Source: Candidatus Saccharimonadota bacterium (lineage in GTDB: Archaea > Micrarchaeota > Micrarchaeia > Micrarchaeales > Micrarchaeaceae). From it: DNA of 32,000 nucleotides. Below are positions 1-9,168 of this stretch, piece after piece; the stretch's first letter is position 1; each line of letters opens with the position of its first letter. Made by a program: the position numbers and the translations under genes. The stretch covers positions 780,001 through 812,000 of the forward strand of contig NZ_CP019964.1 of assembly GCF_002214165.1 (NCBI RefSeq). Direction: 5' to 3'. The notes beneath the pieces are model-generated. The model saw only the letters and a list, made by a program, of their open reading frames with translations. It was not told the origin of the DNA and made no database searches.

Positions 1-498
1 TATGGAATTACAGCAATTGTTGGAGGTGAATTTGGGGCAGGAGAAAAGAATATCAATGGCTTGAAAGTCTATCTGTCGCATGAGATGGGAACATCTAGCG
101 AGAGCAGCTTGGTTAAGTACATAATGGACAAAAGACCTGATAGGCCAGGAGCATTCATATCTGGGCATGACCATATTGCAGAGGCGGGATTTGTAGGCCC
201 TAATTTATTTGTAAAAGGCCCGAGTATGCAGGAGTCTGATAGCTCTTTTATGAACTTCCTACCAATACCAGTAGGTGATTACCCTAAAGGCGCTATCAAT
301 GGCTACACACTCATAGAACTTGATCTTGATAGAGATAGCAGGATATTAGATTCTTCGATCGAATATGTGCTTGCAAGAAATCTTATAAGATCGGATTCGC
401 CTTCTGCGATCATAAGCAAGGCTAATAAGAAAGCAGACAATATAAGCGTGAATTACCACAACCAAGGAGATAAAGAGAAGAGCAAAAGCAGGACCTGA
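1..498 (+). CDS. C-terminal part of a possible metallophosphoesterase-like protein (5' end outside window)
   Basis: Frame 1 is open from base 1 (YGITAIVGGEFGAGEK...) into the listed 61..498 ORF. It contains SGHDH, which resembles the GHxH metal-ligand motif of calcineurin-like phosphoesterases. The functional call is weak. Confidence 0.4.
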   Translation, partial: YGITAIVGGEFGAGEKNINGLKVYLSHEMGTSSESSLVKYIMDKRPDRPGAFISGHDHIAEAGFVGPNLFVKGPSMQESDSSFMNFLPIPVGDYPKGAINGYTLIELDLDRDSRILDSSIEYVLARNLIRSDSPSAIISKANKKADNISVNYHNQGDKEKSKSRT

Positions 499-509
499 AT
501 TCCAATCTG

Positions 510-613
510 CGGGCCCGACGGGATTTTCATGTTTGCTTTTTAGGACAAACAATTTGAACCCGTGACCATCAGCTTAGAAGGCTGCCGCTCTATCCAAGCT
601 GAGCTACGGGCCC
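510..613 (-). tRNA. tRNA-Arg(UCU) with a 29-nt non-canonical intron in the T-loop
   Basis: The minus strand reads GGGCCCG-TA-GCTC-AGCTTGGATA-GAGC-G-GCAGC-CTTCTAA-GCTGA-TGGTC-ACGGG-TTCAAAT-[insert, plus coords 523..551]-CCCGT-CGGGCCC-G. The 7-bp acceptor stem and the D and T stems pair perfectly, and the anticodon loop is CU-UCU-AA. The anticodon stem has one G27:A43 mismatch. 75 nt remain after the insert is removed. The insert is flanked by a bulge-helix-bulge motif (see findings). Confidence 0.85.
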
Positions 614-720
614 ACATACTTTCAAGCCAATATATTCGATACACAATTCAAACAAAATCTGCATAATATCAGCTGATTGGAATAATTTACTTTTAACTCC
701 ATATTTATAAATACTTTTCA

Positions 721-1551
721 TTACTTTTCAGATCTTAATAATGAATTGTGCTCCTCTCCGATGTTGAAGAACCTGCGCGTATTTATGGTCAATTCCTTTG
801 CGGTTTCCTCCAATCCCATCCCCTTGGCCTTGGCTATCAACTCTATTGAGTATATCACGTCTTTTGGCAAAGAGCCCGCAGTTGGAGAGTCCGTTTCGGC
901 CATCAAGTTTTTCATAGGGACTGCTTTTATAACCGCATTCCTTTTTGAGGATGGTAAAGGCGGTATTGATATCATGTATCCATATTCCACTGCCTTCATC
1001 GCTTGTTCAACAGTTCCCTCAAAGAAATGTATATGCGCCTTTTTTACTTTTTTCTTGTGTAGCATATAAAGCACTTCGTCCATCGCTTCGCGGGAATGGA
1101 CCGTCACTGGCAAGTCCAGCTTGTTTGCCAAAGTCAACATCCTTAGGAACAGGCTTCTTTGCTTTGGCTTGGAGCCTTTTATTTGAGAAGCAAATTTATA
1201 GTCTAATCCTATTTCGCCTATGCCTTTTATAGATTTGGAGTGGCGTTTTATGAAATCTATTACATAGTCAACTTCATATTTTTTTAGGGATGCTGCAAAC
1301 TCTGGATGTATGCCAAGACAAGCAAATATGTGCTTGTTATCGGCAAGTTCAAGATTCCTTATATTTGAGGGCATGTCGACCCCGTTCGTCACCATGCCTG
1401 CAATATACATAAGTGAATCATTTATGTCCTCTTGTTTTAGCTGGTCCAAATGGCAATGCGCATCTATTATATTGAATACTCTAATTTCGCCTGTAATTTG
1501 CTCTTTCTTTTGCCTGGTTTGACTCTGTATCTGCAAACTTTGAACCATCAA
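721..1551 (-). CDS. tatD: TatD-family metal-dependent hydrolase
   Basis: The 276-aa ORF carries the ordered TatD motifs IDAHCHLD, GEIGLDY, VTVHSREA, HIHFFEG and LMAETDSP. Confidence 0.85.
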   Translation of the reverse strand: MMVQSLQIQSQTRQKKEQITGEIRVFNIIDAHCHLDQLKQEDINDSLMYIAGMVTNGVDMPSNIRNLELADNKHIFACLGIHPEFAASLKKYEVDYVIDFIKRHSKSIKGIGEIGLDYKFASQIKGSKPKQRSLFLRMLTLANKLDLPVTVHSREAMDEVLYMLHKKKVKKAHIHFFEGTVEQAMKAVEYGYMISIPPLPSSKRNAVIKAVPMKNLMAETDSPTAGSLPKDVIYSIELIAKAKGMGLEETAKELTINTRRFFNIGEEHNSLLRSEK

Positions 1552-1726
1552 AATACCTTGTTTGAGTTAAGATTATCTATGTAAATATTTATTTATATTG
1601 GGAATTAGTATGATTTGCGTTTTGGCTGTTTTGGTTTATTGCTGTTTTATTTGCATACCCTACACATTGCAAAACTTATAAATATATTGAATTTTCTAAT
1701 CAGTTATGTAGTTTGCTGAATTATAG

Positions 1727-2917
1727 ATGTTTAAAATGGCTGAGGATTATTCAAACAGAGATGAAAAAAAGGAGGAGATTAGAAAAAATGAAAAAGGCAT
1801 TAAGAAGCAAAAGTTTGAACTTAATAAATACCTCCCTTACATATTGATATTATTGGTGCTTGTAGTGGTAATCGTATTATTCGCAAGCTTATCCGCACAG
1901 CTAAATTCCATTTCAAGCAAGTTGGAGAATATTTCATCTTCTAAACCGACCACTGCAACGAACAACACTGCAGGAAATGTTACTTTATCCGATCCGTCCT
2001 ATAAGATAACGGGCTCCCTTATAGTTCCGCCTAAATCCTTGCCAAATGATCCAATCATAACTGCAAATGCATCATTTGGGAGCAGACTGACCAATATAAA
2101 CCAGCCATTGAATGCAAGCGAACTGGCAATATTCAACAATGCTAATGACAGTTATTTTGAAGAGGCAGGCCAGATGATTCTGAATGGCACCTTTGGGGGC
2201 TATGTGTTTGGTTCAACTACTGGATCAAATGCAGAAGTTAAAAAATTAGATAACCCATTTGTGGTAAATGGAAAACCTTCCGTAATTTACTTAGGTTCAA
2301 TTACCTGCATTTATTGCGGGGAGAACAGATGGGCCATGGCTTTGGCTTTGGGCAGGTTCGGGAATTTCAGCGAACTTTATAAAGGGTATTCGTCTTTTGG
2401 CGACCATGACATTCCTACAATTTATTGGGCACCTTCGCATTACAACCAATCGGCTGAGGACTTGGGAAACTTTTACAGCAGCAAATATATAAATTTCATT
2501 TCTATAGAGGATACTCTTCCTATAACTGGAGGATTTCAATTAAACCCCATGTCAACGATACAATCAAGGATAAATGCAACAAACAATAGCATTTACATAG
2601 ATGCATTTGACCTAATATTGGGTCTTAACAACTTTGAAGGCACGCCTTACACAATATGGGGCAAATACAATGTTCTTGGAGCGGATGATGCGGACTTTGG
2701 ATTCAAATCCGAGCCAAGCGGCAACCCTTCAATAGAATATAAGACCCATAATATGGTATTCGATAATATAAGCCATCCAGATAGTGAGTTCGGATATTTA
2801 GAATATGCAGGAGCAGACCTTTACATTGCAATGACCTGTGCTACAATAAATAACACTGCGCCTATATGCTCTCTGCCGGTGATACCTAAATTGGAGTCTT
2901 ATGAGGGTTACAACTGA
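1727..2917 (+). CDS. Membrane-anchored extracytoplasmic CxxC protein, DUF929-like (thioredoxin-like)
   Basis: A Lys-rich N-terminal tail is followed by a single TM (YLPYILILLVLVVVIVLFASL) and a large domain containing GSITCIYCGENRWAMALALGRFGNF. That stretch matches my recollection of the archaeal DUF929 signature. There are about 13 N-x-S/T sequons. Confidence 0.7.
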   Translation: MFKMAEDYSNRDEKKEEIRKNEKGIKKQKFELNKYLPYILILLVLVVVIVLFASLSAQLNSISSKLENISSSKPTTATNNTAGNVTLSDPSYKITGSLIVPPKSLPNDPIITANASFGSRLTNINQPLNASELAIFNNANDSYFEEAGQMILNGTFGGYVFGSTTGSNAEVKKLDNPFVVNGKPSVIYLGSITCIYCGENRWAMALALGRFGNFSELYKGYSSFGDHDIPTIYWAPSHYNQSAEDLGNFYSSKYINFISIEDTLPITGGFQLNPMSTIQSRINATNNSIYIDAFDLILGLNNFEGTPYTIWGKYNVLGADDADFGFKSEPSGNPSIEYKTHNMVFDNISHPDSEFGYLEYAGADLYIAMTCATINNTAPICSLPVIPKLESYEGYN

Positions 2918-2919
2918 AG

Positions 2920-3408
2920 GTGATAGCAATTAATTTCAAATCAAAGAGATTGAGAATTTTAAAGGATATATTTTCTAAACCTTTATACTTGGCAATTTTG
3001 GTAGTGGCAGGATTTTTGTATTACTTTCTTCTATATACTATAATAAAAATGAGCTCGTTTCATGGAATTATAATCCTGACTGCTCCTTTATACATGTTTT
3101 ACCTGCTAGTTGCCACTTCTGCAGTTTTAATTACAATAAGCATTTATGGCATAAGGAAGAGGATTGCGATTAAGGATGCTACTGCAGGAGGGGTTGTCAG
3201 TGTTGTCATGCCTTCTGTTGGGGGGTTGGTTGCAGGATGTGGATGCAGTGCACCTTTGCTGTCAAGCTTACTGATACCGGTTTTGGGTAGTATAGGCGCC
3301 GAAAGCTTTATAAGCTACTTATCAGCTTACAACATTTATATATTCGGGGTTTTAGTGTTGATAAATCTGATAATTATTTATTACCAGCTTAATTTGCTTT
3401 CAAAGTAA
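2920..3408 (+). CDS. Small polytopic membrane protein with an intramembrane GCGCSAP motif
   Basis: The 162-aa ORF has about 4 predicted TM segments. Its GTG start lies 2 nt after the stop of the upstream DUF929-like gene, suggesting translational coupling. The paired Cys residues followed by Pro sit inside a hydrophobic segment. Confidence 0.55.
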   Translation: MIAINFKSKRLRILKDIFSKPLYLAILVVAGFLYYFLLYTIIKMSSFHGIIILTAPLYMFYLLVATSAVLITISIYGIRKRIAIKDATAGGVVSVVMPSVGGLVAGCGCSAPLLSSLLIPVLGSIGAESFISYLSAYNIYIFGVLVLINLIIIYYQLNLLSK

Positions 3409-3527
3409 GCTATCTTAAACAACATGTTAAAATAGGTAAGTTTATAAAGGATTGCCTGACAATATTTAGTGAATTTTAAAATAGGCAATATTAGCCAACT
3501 CTATTGGATATTTGTTTCTGTGGTACT

Positions 3528-4967
3528 ATGACATTTGAATTCATGGACAAGATCTCGAAGTACATTCCAGTCATAACGCCGCCCAAAAAACCACTTTCAT
3601 TAAGGGAAAAAATGGTGTGGACTGCGATAATCCTTGGGATATACTTCCTTCTATATAACACTTATGCAATTGGCGTGAACATAACTGATGTAACCCAGCC
3701 TGTACTGCAGCTTATAAGCATAATATTTGCGGCCAGGATAGGGAGTATAATAACAGTGGGAATAGGTCCAATAGTTCTGTCCAGCATAGTATTGCAGCTA
3801 CTTAATGGATCTGGGATAATACACATAGATATGGATAACCCTATAGAAAAAGGAAGATTCCAGAGCTTGCAGAAGTTTTCTGCGATTGCAATTGCAGTTA
3901 TTGAATCTGTTGCATTCGTATTGAGTGGATATGTACCTGTTAGCAATCCGGGATTGGCCGGGGTGGTAATGCTTCAGTTGGCCTTGGGCGCCATAGCTAT
4001 AATTTTCATGGATGAAATGATGAGCAAATATGGCATAACATCTGGAATAAACATGTTCATAGCTGCAGGAGTGTCATATGCAATTGTAGCGGGAACAGCA
4101 ACTGTTATATTCCCTGAAGTTATAGGAGCGATAACGGCTGGAGGTGCAGCAGCTCCTGCAAATGCGGTTCTTGCTTTTGGTCCACTTATATTTGCCATAA
4201 TAGTATTTTTAGTGAGCATATATGCTTACGAGATGAAGATAGAACTGCCTCTTAGCTTTGGCCAAATGAGGGGTGTTGGAGGGCGTCTGCCTATACCATT
4301 CCTTTATGTGAGTGTTTTGCCAGTTATACTTGCGACAGCACTTGAGGAGAGTTTTACTGTTTGGTTTAAGTTCCTTTCTGGAATTACGGGTTCGTTTGCT
4401 AATTTCGCCAAGTTCATAGCTTACTATCAAAATGGGGCGCTTTCAGGAGGTCTTGTCTATCTTATATCTCCTTCTTTCCCTCTGCCATATAGCGCACCTT
4501 ACGGTATAGGAGGTTACTTGCCTTATTTCTCCTATCTGCTAACACATACTTCAGATCTTTTCCTTCCTATGGGGGGCATGATACTGGTTCCGGAATGGAT
4601 CCATGTAATAGTATACATAGTCGTTCTTGAAATACTCTGTGTAGTGTTTGGAAAATTCTGGATAGAGATGACAGGACAAAACCCCGAGAAGCTCGCACAG
4701 CAATTGCAGGACATGGGATGGCAGATACCAGGATTTAGAAGAGACCCTAGAATGATAAAGAAGTTATTGGACAAGTATATACCGGATATAACAGTGCTTG
4801 GGAGCTTGTTTGTAGGGCTTCTTGCAGCAATAGCGACATTGACTGGTGCAATAGGCACTGGGATGGGTATATTGCTTACTGTGGGTATAATATACATGGT
4901 TTACCAGCAGCTAGAGCAGGAGAACTTATATGAGACTTATCCAATACTTAGCAAGATAGCAAAATAA
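3528..4967 (+). CDS. secY: Preprotein translocase subunit SecY
   Basis: The product has a roughly 10-TM layout. The N-terminal KYIPVITPPKKPLSLREKMVWTAIILGIYFLL is typical of archaeal SecY/Sec61-alpha. The listed ORF starts at TTG 3504, but ATG 3528 or 3543 looks more plausible. A TTTATAAA box lies at about 3441-3449. Confidence 0.93.
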   Translation: MTFEFMDKISKYIPVITPPKKPLSLREKMVWTAIILGIYFLLYNTYAIGVNITDVTQPVLQLISIIFAARIGSIITVGIGPIVLSSIVLQLLNGSGIIHIDMDNPIEKGRFQSLQKFSAIAIAVIESVAFVLSGYVPVSNPGLAGVVMLQLALGAIAIIFMDEMMSKYGITSGINMFIAAGVSYAIVAGTATVIFPEVIGAITAGGAAAPANAVLAFGPLIFAIIVFLVSIYAYEMKIELPLSFGQMRGVGGRLPIPFLYVSVLPVILATALEESFTVWFKFLSGITGSFANFAKFIAYYQNGALSGGLVYLISPSFPLPYSAPYGIGGYLPYFSYLLTHTSDLFLPMGGMILVPEWIHVIVYIVVLEILCVVFGKFWIEMTGQNPEKLAQQLQDMGWQIPGFRRDPRMIKKLLDKYIPDITVLGSLFVGLLAAIATLTGAIGTGMGILLTVGIIYMVYQQLEQENLYETYPILSKIAK

Positions 4968-5171
4968 TTTGTTTTCTTCTGTTAATTTATTTTAGTACTT
5001 AGTAAATTTATGCTTTTTATGCTAGTTTTATTATTAGGCAAAAGATAAGCTAATTAATAGAGATAAGTTTGACTTTGTATGAAATTACGGATTGGATATT
5101 AAATAATAATGAGCAGCAAAATATTTTACGAAATAAAAATAGAAGTAAAAATAGGAAAACTTAAAATATAA

Positions 5172-5285
5172 TTAAAGTTCTCCTACTCTACGTTTCTGAG
5201 CTCTCTTTAACCTTTTGCGCCTTTTCTTTTTCCATTTCCAGCGCATCCTGCCTTTCTTTTTCCATTTTCTAGGTATACTTCCCAA
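5172..5285 (-). CDS. rpl41e: Ribosomal protein L41e (mini-gene absent from the ORF track)
   Basis: The minus-strand translation is (L/M)GSIPRKWKKKGRMRWKWKKKRRKRLKRAQKRRVGEL*. The core KWKKKGRMRWKW..KKR..RLKR matches the archaeal and eukaryotic L41e consensus as I remember it. The start is uncertain: TTG at 5285, or ATG at 5246 giving MRWKWKKKRRKRLKRAQKRRVGEL. Confidence 0.65.
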   Translation of the reverse strand: MGSIPRKWKKKGRMRWKWKKKRRKRLKRAQKRRVGEL

Positions 5286-5547
5286 ATATTCACCTGTTTG
5301 AATGAATTAAACTTTTTAATAAACTATTTTGGTACTGTAAAGGCCTGCCATTTGTTTTAGGGCATTGCAATTACAGGTTTAAATACAAATAGTTACTTTT
5401 ATTACTAACTAAAAGTATAAATAAGTATCGCGTATTTGCTTATTTCGGTATCGTCTTGGATTACTCCTCATTCAATAGGCAGTATTTAAGGCTATCAGAA
5501 TTACTAACAATAATTAAATATTTAATCCTGTAAATTTAATTGATACC

Positions 5548-6609
5548 ATGGCGAGTGCTTCTATAGGCGTGATTATTTTAATACTTATAGTAATCGTTCT
5601 AGCCATAGTTGGGTATTTTGAGACAGGAGGATTTAAATTAAATAAAAGTATAAGCGTGACCCCCCCACCACCTGCACCTAAACATGTCAGTAAGCCCAAT
5701 GTTAACAATTCGACTAATTATCTTTATGGTTGTGACAATTATGATTTACAAGCTAATGCGGGTTCGACTTCAATTGGTGCCTGCACGTGGGGTGGAGGAA
5801 CATTGGGAGTATGGGTTTCTACAGGTAAGATGGGTTTTGTAAATTTCAGCATAGTCGGTTCAAATAATAAAACATATGTTAAGCAGGAATACCTTCCTTA
5901 CAGTTGCAGTACATTTTATACTGAGTTTTATGCCCCCGCACAGATTTATTACTTGACTTTGGGTGCAAGTAACTCTACAACTAATGGACCTTGCTTGAAC
6001 AACTATAGTATAGTGACGCTTAATACAAGTGTAAAGGTACTGGTAAATAAGACTTATTATTCATTTTATCAAGGCAATCTTTCAACAGGTACCTATATTG
6101 GCTGGAGCACTTCAGGCACCGCCTTTGGAGGTTTGCCTCTTAATCTCACTTATGCAAATGATGTCGGCTGCTATCCAAAAGACCCTTGGGAGAATTATTC
6201 AGGGATTTATTATATATCATCTTATAACTGCTCGCCAATAGAAAGCACTGGCAATATCACTTCAAGCAGATTCTTAATTGATAAACCTTTCCTGAATTTG
6301 CAGATAATAAGCCCTAAAAACAGTTTGGATTACTTGGAGATAATTCCATCTAATGCAAGCACTCCCTATATAACGGATCAGGTATCGACTTATAGCCTTA
6401 GCCTTTCCAATGGGAGCTTAATAGGCCAGGGGTATAAATTAGAGAATGCAACAATACCGTTGACATCCCTGCTTGGAAAGGTAGTAAGGCTTCGCATAGT
6501 ACAGGAGTCAGATCAGAAATATGAATATATGATAGCAGGAGATATAAGGATGTCAGATTACCCTGATCAAGGTACAGGATTCCTTGACAACATTACTTAT
6601 GAAAAGTGA
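5548..6609 (+). CDS. Membrane-anchored, sequon-dense surface protein (hypothetical)
   Basis: An N-terminal TM (IGVIILILIVIVLAIVGYF) is followed by a PPPPAPK linker and a ~300-aa Ser/Thr/Asn/Tyr-rich domain with about 18 N-x-S/T sequons. I recognise no family. Confidence 0.6.
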   Translation: MASASIGVIILILIVIVLAIVGYFETGGFKLNKSISVTPPPPAPKHVSKPNVNNSTNYLYGCDNYDLQANAGSTSIGACTWGGGTLGVWVSTGKMGFVNFSIVGSNNKTYVKQEYLPYSCSTFYTEFYAPAQIYYLTLGASNSTTNGPCLNNYSIVTLNTSVKVLVNKTYYSFYQGNLSTGTYIGWSTSGTAFGGLPLNLTYANDVGCYPKDPWENYSGIYYISSYNCSPIESTGNITSSRFLIDKPFLNLQIISPKNSLDYLEIIPSNASTPYITDQVSTYSLSLSNGSLIGQGYKLENATIPLTSLLGKVVRLRIVQESDQKYEYMIAGDIRMSDYPDQGTGFLDNITYEK

Positions 6610-6614
6610 ATAGG

Positions 6615-7703
6615 ATGCAGAATTACTCATTTCTGCCATTGCATGGGGGCAATGCCCCTAAATGGCTATTTGGACGGATGGTTAAGCTATCATCCTTAAT
6701 AGCAAATGAGATAATAGATGAATATGGAGCTGATGAATTTGTGAAAAGAGTTGCTGATCCTTATTGGTTCCAAGCTCTTGCATGTGCAGTTGGTTATGAT
6801 TGGCATAGCAGTGGAACGACAACTGTTACCATGGCAGCGCTAAAGCAAGCTCTTGACGGATATAGCGACATATATATAGCAGGAGGAAAAGGCAAAACAG
6901 GGTTAAAAACACCTGATGACATATTGAAGGGTGCAGACCTGTTATCCACCAATAATGCGGAACAACTTGTAAAATACAGCAGGATTACTGCAAAGATAGA
7001 CTCTTCGCTTATATATGATAATTTTGGCATATACCACCATACATTTGTGTTCTCCAAGGATAAGTGGAGCGTTGTACAGCAGGGAATGTTCAACAAAGGC
7101 AACACTGCAGTCAGGTTCCAGATATTCTGTGACAATATTGACAAAAACGATATATCCTGCGAGACAAACAGCGCAGTGGCTTCAGACCTATCTAACAATA
7201 CAGTGGATCTGACATTCAAGGACAATTCAGAAATAAAAGCCAAAAGCCTGGATATGGTAAATGACAATTTAAATGAGATAGTCAATTTTGGGAAAACTTA
7301 CAATCTCCCAGGCAGGCATGAGATAATCCCTTCGTGTGATTTAAGCAAGCAAGCAATAAAGCTTCTGGAGTATGCTAATGATATGAAGCCAGAAAATTAC
7401 AATGATCTTTTATCTATAAAGGGCATAGGTAGGAAAACATTGAAATCCGTTGCCCTGATATCATCTCTCATATACAAGAATGAGATTTATGAAAGGGATC
7501 CTGTTCTTTATTCTTACAATCTTGGTGGCAAGGATGGCATACCTTACAGGATAAATCTAAAAGATTATGATAATGTTATAAGTAGTATGAAGGAAATAAT
7601 AGACAATGCGAAGATTGGCCCACAAGATAGGGGCAAGGTATTGTCAAGGTTAAGCAAGGACTTGGAGGAAAAATATCTCAGGCTGAACAAGTTTGTTGGG
7701 TGA
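6615..7703 (+). CDS. DUF763-family protein with a helix-hairpin-helix element
   Basis: The N-terminal MQNYSFLPLHGGNAPKWLFGRMVKL matches the DUF763 start as I recall it. LSIKGIGRKTLKSVAL is HhH-like. The listed ORF starts at GTG 6606, and ATG 6615 is preferred. Confidence 0.7.
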   Translation: MQNYSFLPLHGGNAPKWLFGRMVKLSSLIANEIIDEYGADEFVKRVADPYWFQALACAVGYDWHSSGTTTVTMAALKQALDGYSDIYIAGGKGKTGLKTPDDILKGADLLSTNNAEQLVKYSRITAKIDSSLIYDNFGIYHHTFVFSKDKWSVVQQGMFNKGNTAVRFQIFCDNIDKNDISCETNSAVASDLSNNTVDLTFKDNSEIKAKSLDMVNDNLNEIVNFGKTYNLPGRHEIIPSCDLSKQAIKLLEYANDMKPENYNDLLSIKGIGRKTLKSVALISSLIYKNEIYERDPVLYSYNLGGKDGIPYRINLKDYDNVISSMKEIIDNAKIGPQDRGKVLSRLSKDLEEKYLRLNKFVG

Positions 7704-7713
7704 TTAAATAGCA

Positions 7714-9168
7714 TTGAAAGTTTATAATACATTAACCAGGTCGGAAGAAGAATTCGTCCCTTTAAATGATAAAACGGTTAACATGTTTGTATGCGGCCAA
7801 ACCCCATATGATGATGCACACCTGGGCCATGCAAGGAACTATATAATATTCGATGTTGTAGCAAGGTGGCTTAGGCATGAGGGCTACAAAGTAAATTATG
7901 TCCAAAACATAACGGATATAGATGACAAGATAATAAACAGGGCGAAAGAGCAAGGCATAACCGCGGAGCAGCTTGAGAGAAGATACGAAAAGAGGTTCCT
8001 TGAGGATATGGAGGTAATAGGAGTAAAGAAGGATATAACAAAATATGCAAGGTCACATGACTACATAGAGGCAATACGCCAGCAGATACAGCTTCTCCTG
8101 GATAAAGGGTATGCATATTATCTTGACGGCGATATATATTACGATGTTGACAAATTCAAGGATTACACAAAGCTTTCAGGAATGAAGCTCGAGGAGCTCA
8201 AGAACCATAGGGTAGAGCCAAAAGAAGGAAAAAAGAACGTATATGATTTTGCTTTGTGGAAAGCGGCAAAGCCAGGGGAGCCGAAATGGGACATTAAGCT
8301 TAATATAAATGGCAAGGAAATGGAGTTACAAGGAAGGCCAGGATGGCATATAGAGGATACCGCGATAACCTACACACTTTTTGGTCCTCAATACGATCTC
8401 CATGGAGGGGCAAGCGAATTGATATTCCCTCACCATACTAACGAGATTGCACAAGCGGAAGCGGCCTTTGGAAAGAAGCCTTTTGTAAGGTACTGGCTGC
8501 ATGTTGGAGTATTGAACATAAACAATGTCAAAATGAGCAAGAGCCTTAAAAATTTCATAACTATAAGGGATGCTTTGGCAAAGTACGATCCTGAAGCGTT
8601 AAGACTGCTTATGGTGTCGGCAAATTATAGGAAGGAGATAAATTATACAGAAAAGATGATGGAGGATTCGCAGGGAAAACTAAACTACATGTACAACTCG
8701 TTCAGCATATTATACAATTACCACAAAATCATAAGCTCTAAAGGTTCCGATGAGAGCAACCTCATTAATGAATTCAAGAAATTTGAAAAAGAGTTTACAG
8801 AATTGATGAATGATGATTTCAATACATCTGTTGCATTGATGAAGCTTATTGCAATCCTGACAACGGTAAGGGCTTATTTGGAGAGCCATGATGGTATTAC
8901 ACAGAGCTCAAAAGATAGCTTGATAAAAGGGATACTGGAATATGCAAACATATTTGGTATTCTTGAAAACACTTATTACAAGGAGAGCATACCTGAAGGC
9001 TTGGAGGACCTTATGAAGGAGAGGGATAGGTTAAGGAAGAGCAAAAATTATGCTGAAGCTGACAAGATAAGGGAGGATATTAAGCAGAGATATGGTGTTC
9101 TCCTCGAGGATACAGAATACGGTACTGTTTGGTATAAGAAAAGAGCACAGGAGAGTACTTCAGCTTGA
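7714..9168 (+). CDS. cysS: Cysteinyl-tRNA synthetase
   Basis: The product has the class I HIGH motif (HLGHARNY) and the KMSKS motif (VKMSKSLKN), and starts with the typical (M)KVYNTLTR. The start codon is TTG. Confidence 0.95.
   Translation: MKVYNTLTRSEEEFVPLNDKTVNMFVCGQTPYDDAHLGHARNYIIFDVVARWLRHEGYKVNYVQNITDIDDKIINRAKEQGITAEQLERRYEKRFLEDMEVIGVKKDITKYARSHDYIEAIRQQIQLLLDKGYAYYLDGDIYYDVDKFKDYTKLSGMKLEELKNHRVEPKEGKKNVYDFALWKAAKPGEPKWDIKLNINGKEMELQGRPGWHIEDTAITYTLFGPQYDLHGGASELIFPHHTNEIAQAEAAFGKKPFVRYWLHVGVLNINNVKMSKSLKNFITIRDALAKYDPEALRLLMVSANYRKEINYTEKMMEDSQGKLNYMYNSFSILYNYHKIISSKGSDESNLINEFKKFEKEFTELMNDDFNTSVALMKLIAILTTVRAYLESHDGITQSSKDSLIKGILEYANIFGILENTYYKESIPEGLEDLMKERDRLRKSKNYAEADKIREDIKQRYGVLLEDTEYGTVWYKKRAQESTSA

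Noticed and set aside
346-552. 68-aa minus-strand ORF overlapping the tRNA-Arg 3' half and the upstream CDS
   Set aside because: It overlaps a well-formed tRNA gene and the end of a plus-strand CDS, and it has no motif.
629-636. AATATATT as a promoter TATA box for tRNA-Arg
   Set aside because: It sits only about 16-23 nt from the mature 5' end, so the spacing is marginal, and the surrounding DNA is AT-rich enough for chance matches. It is left as a possibility only.
3662-4897. Minus-strand ORFs within secY (3662..3946, 3974..4219, 4209..4430, 4532..4897)
   Set aside because: They are antisense shadows of a highly hydrophobic gene, and the secY frame is continuous and recognisable.
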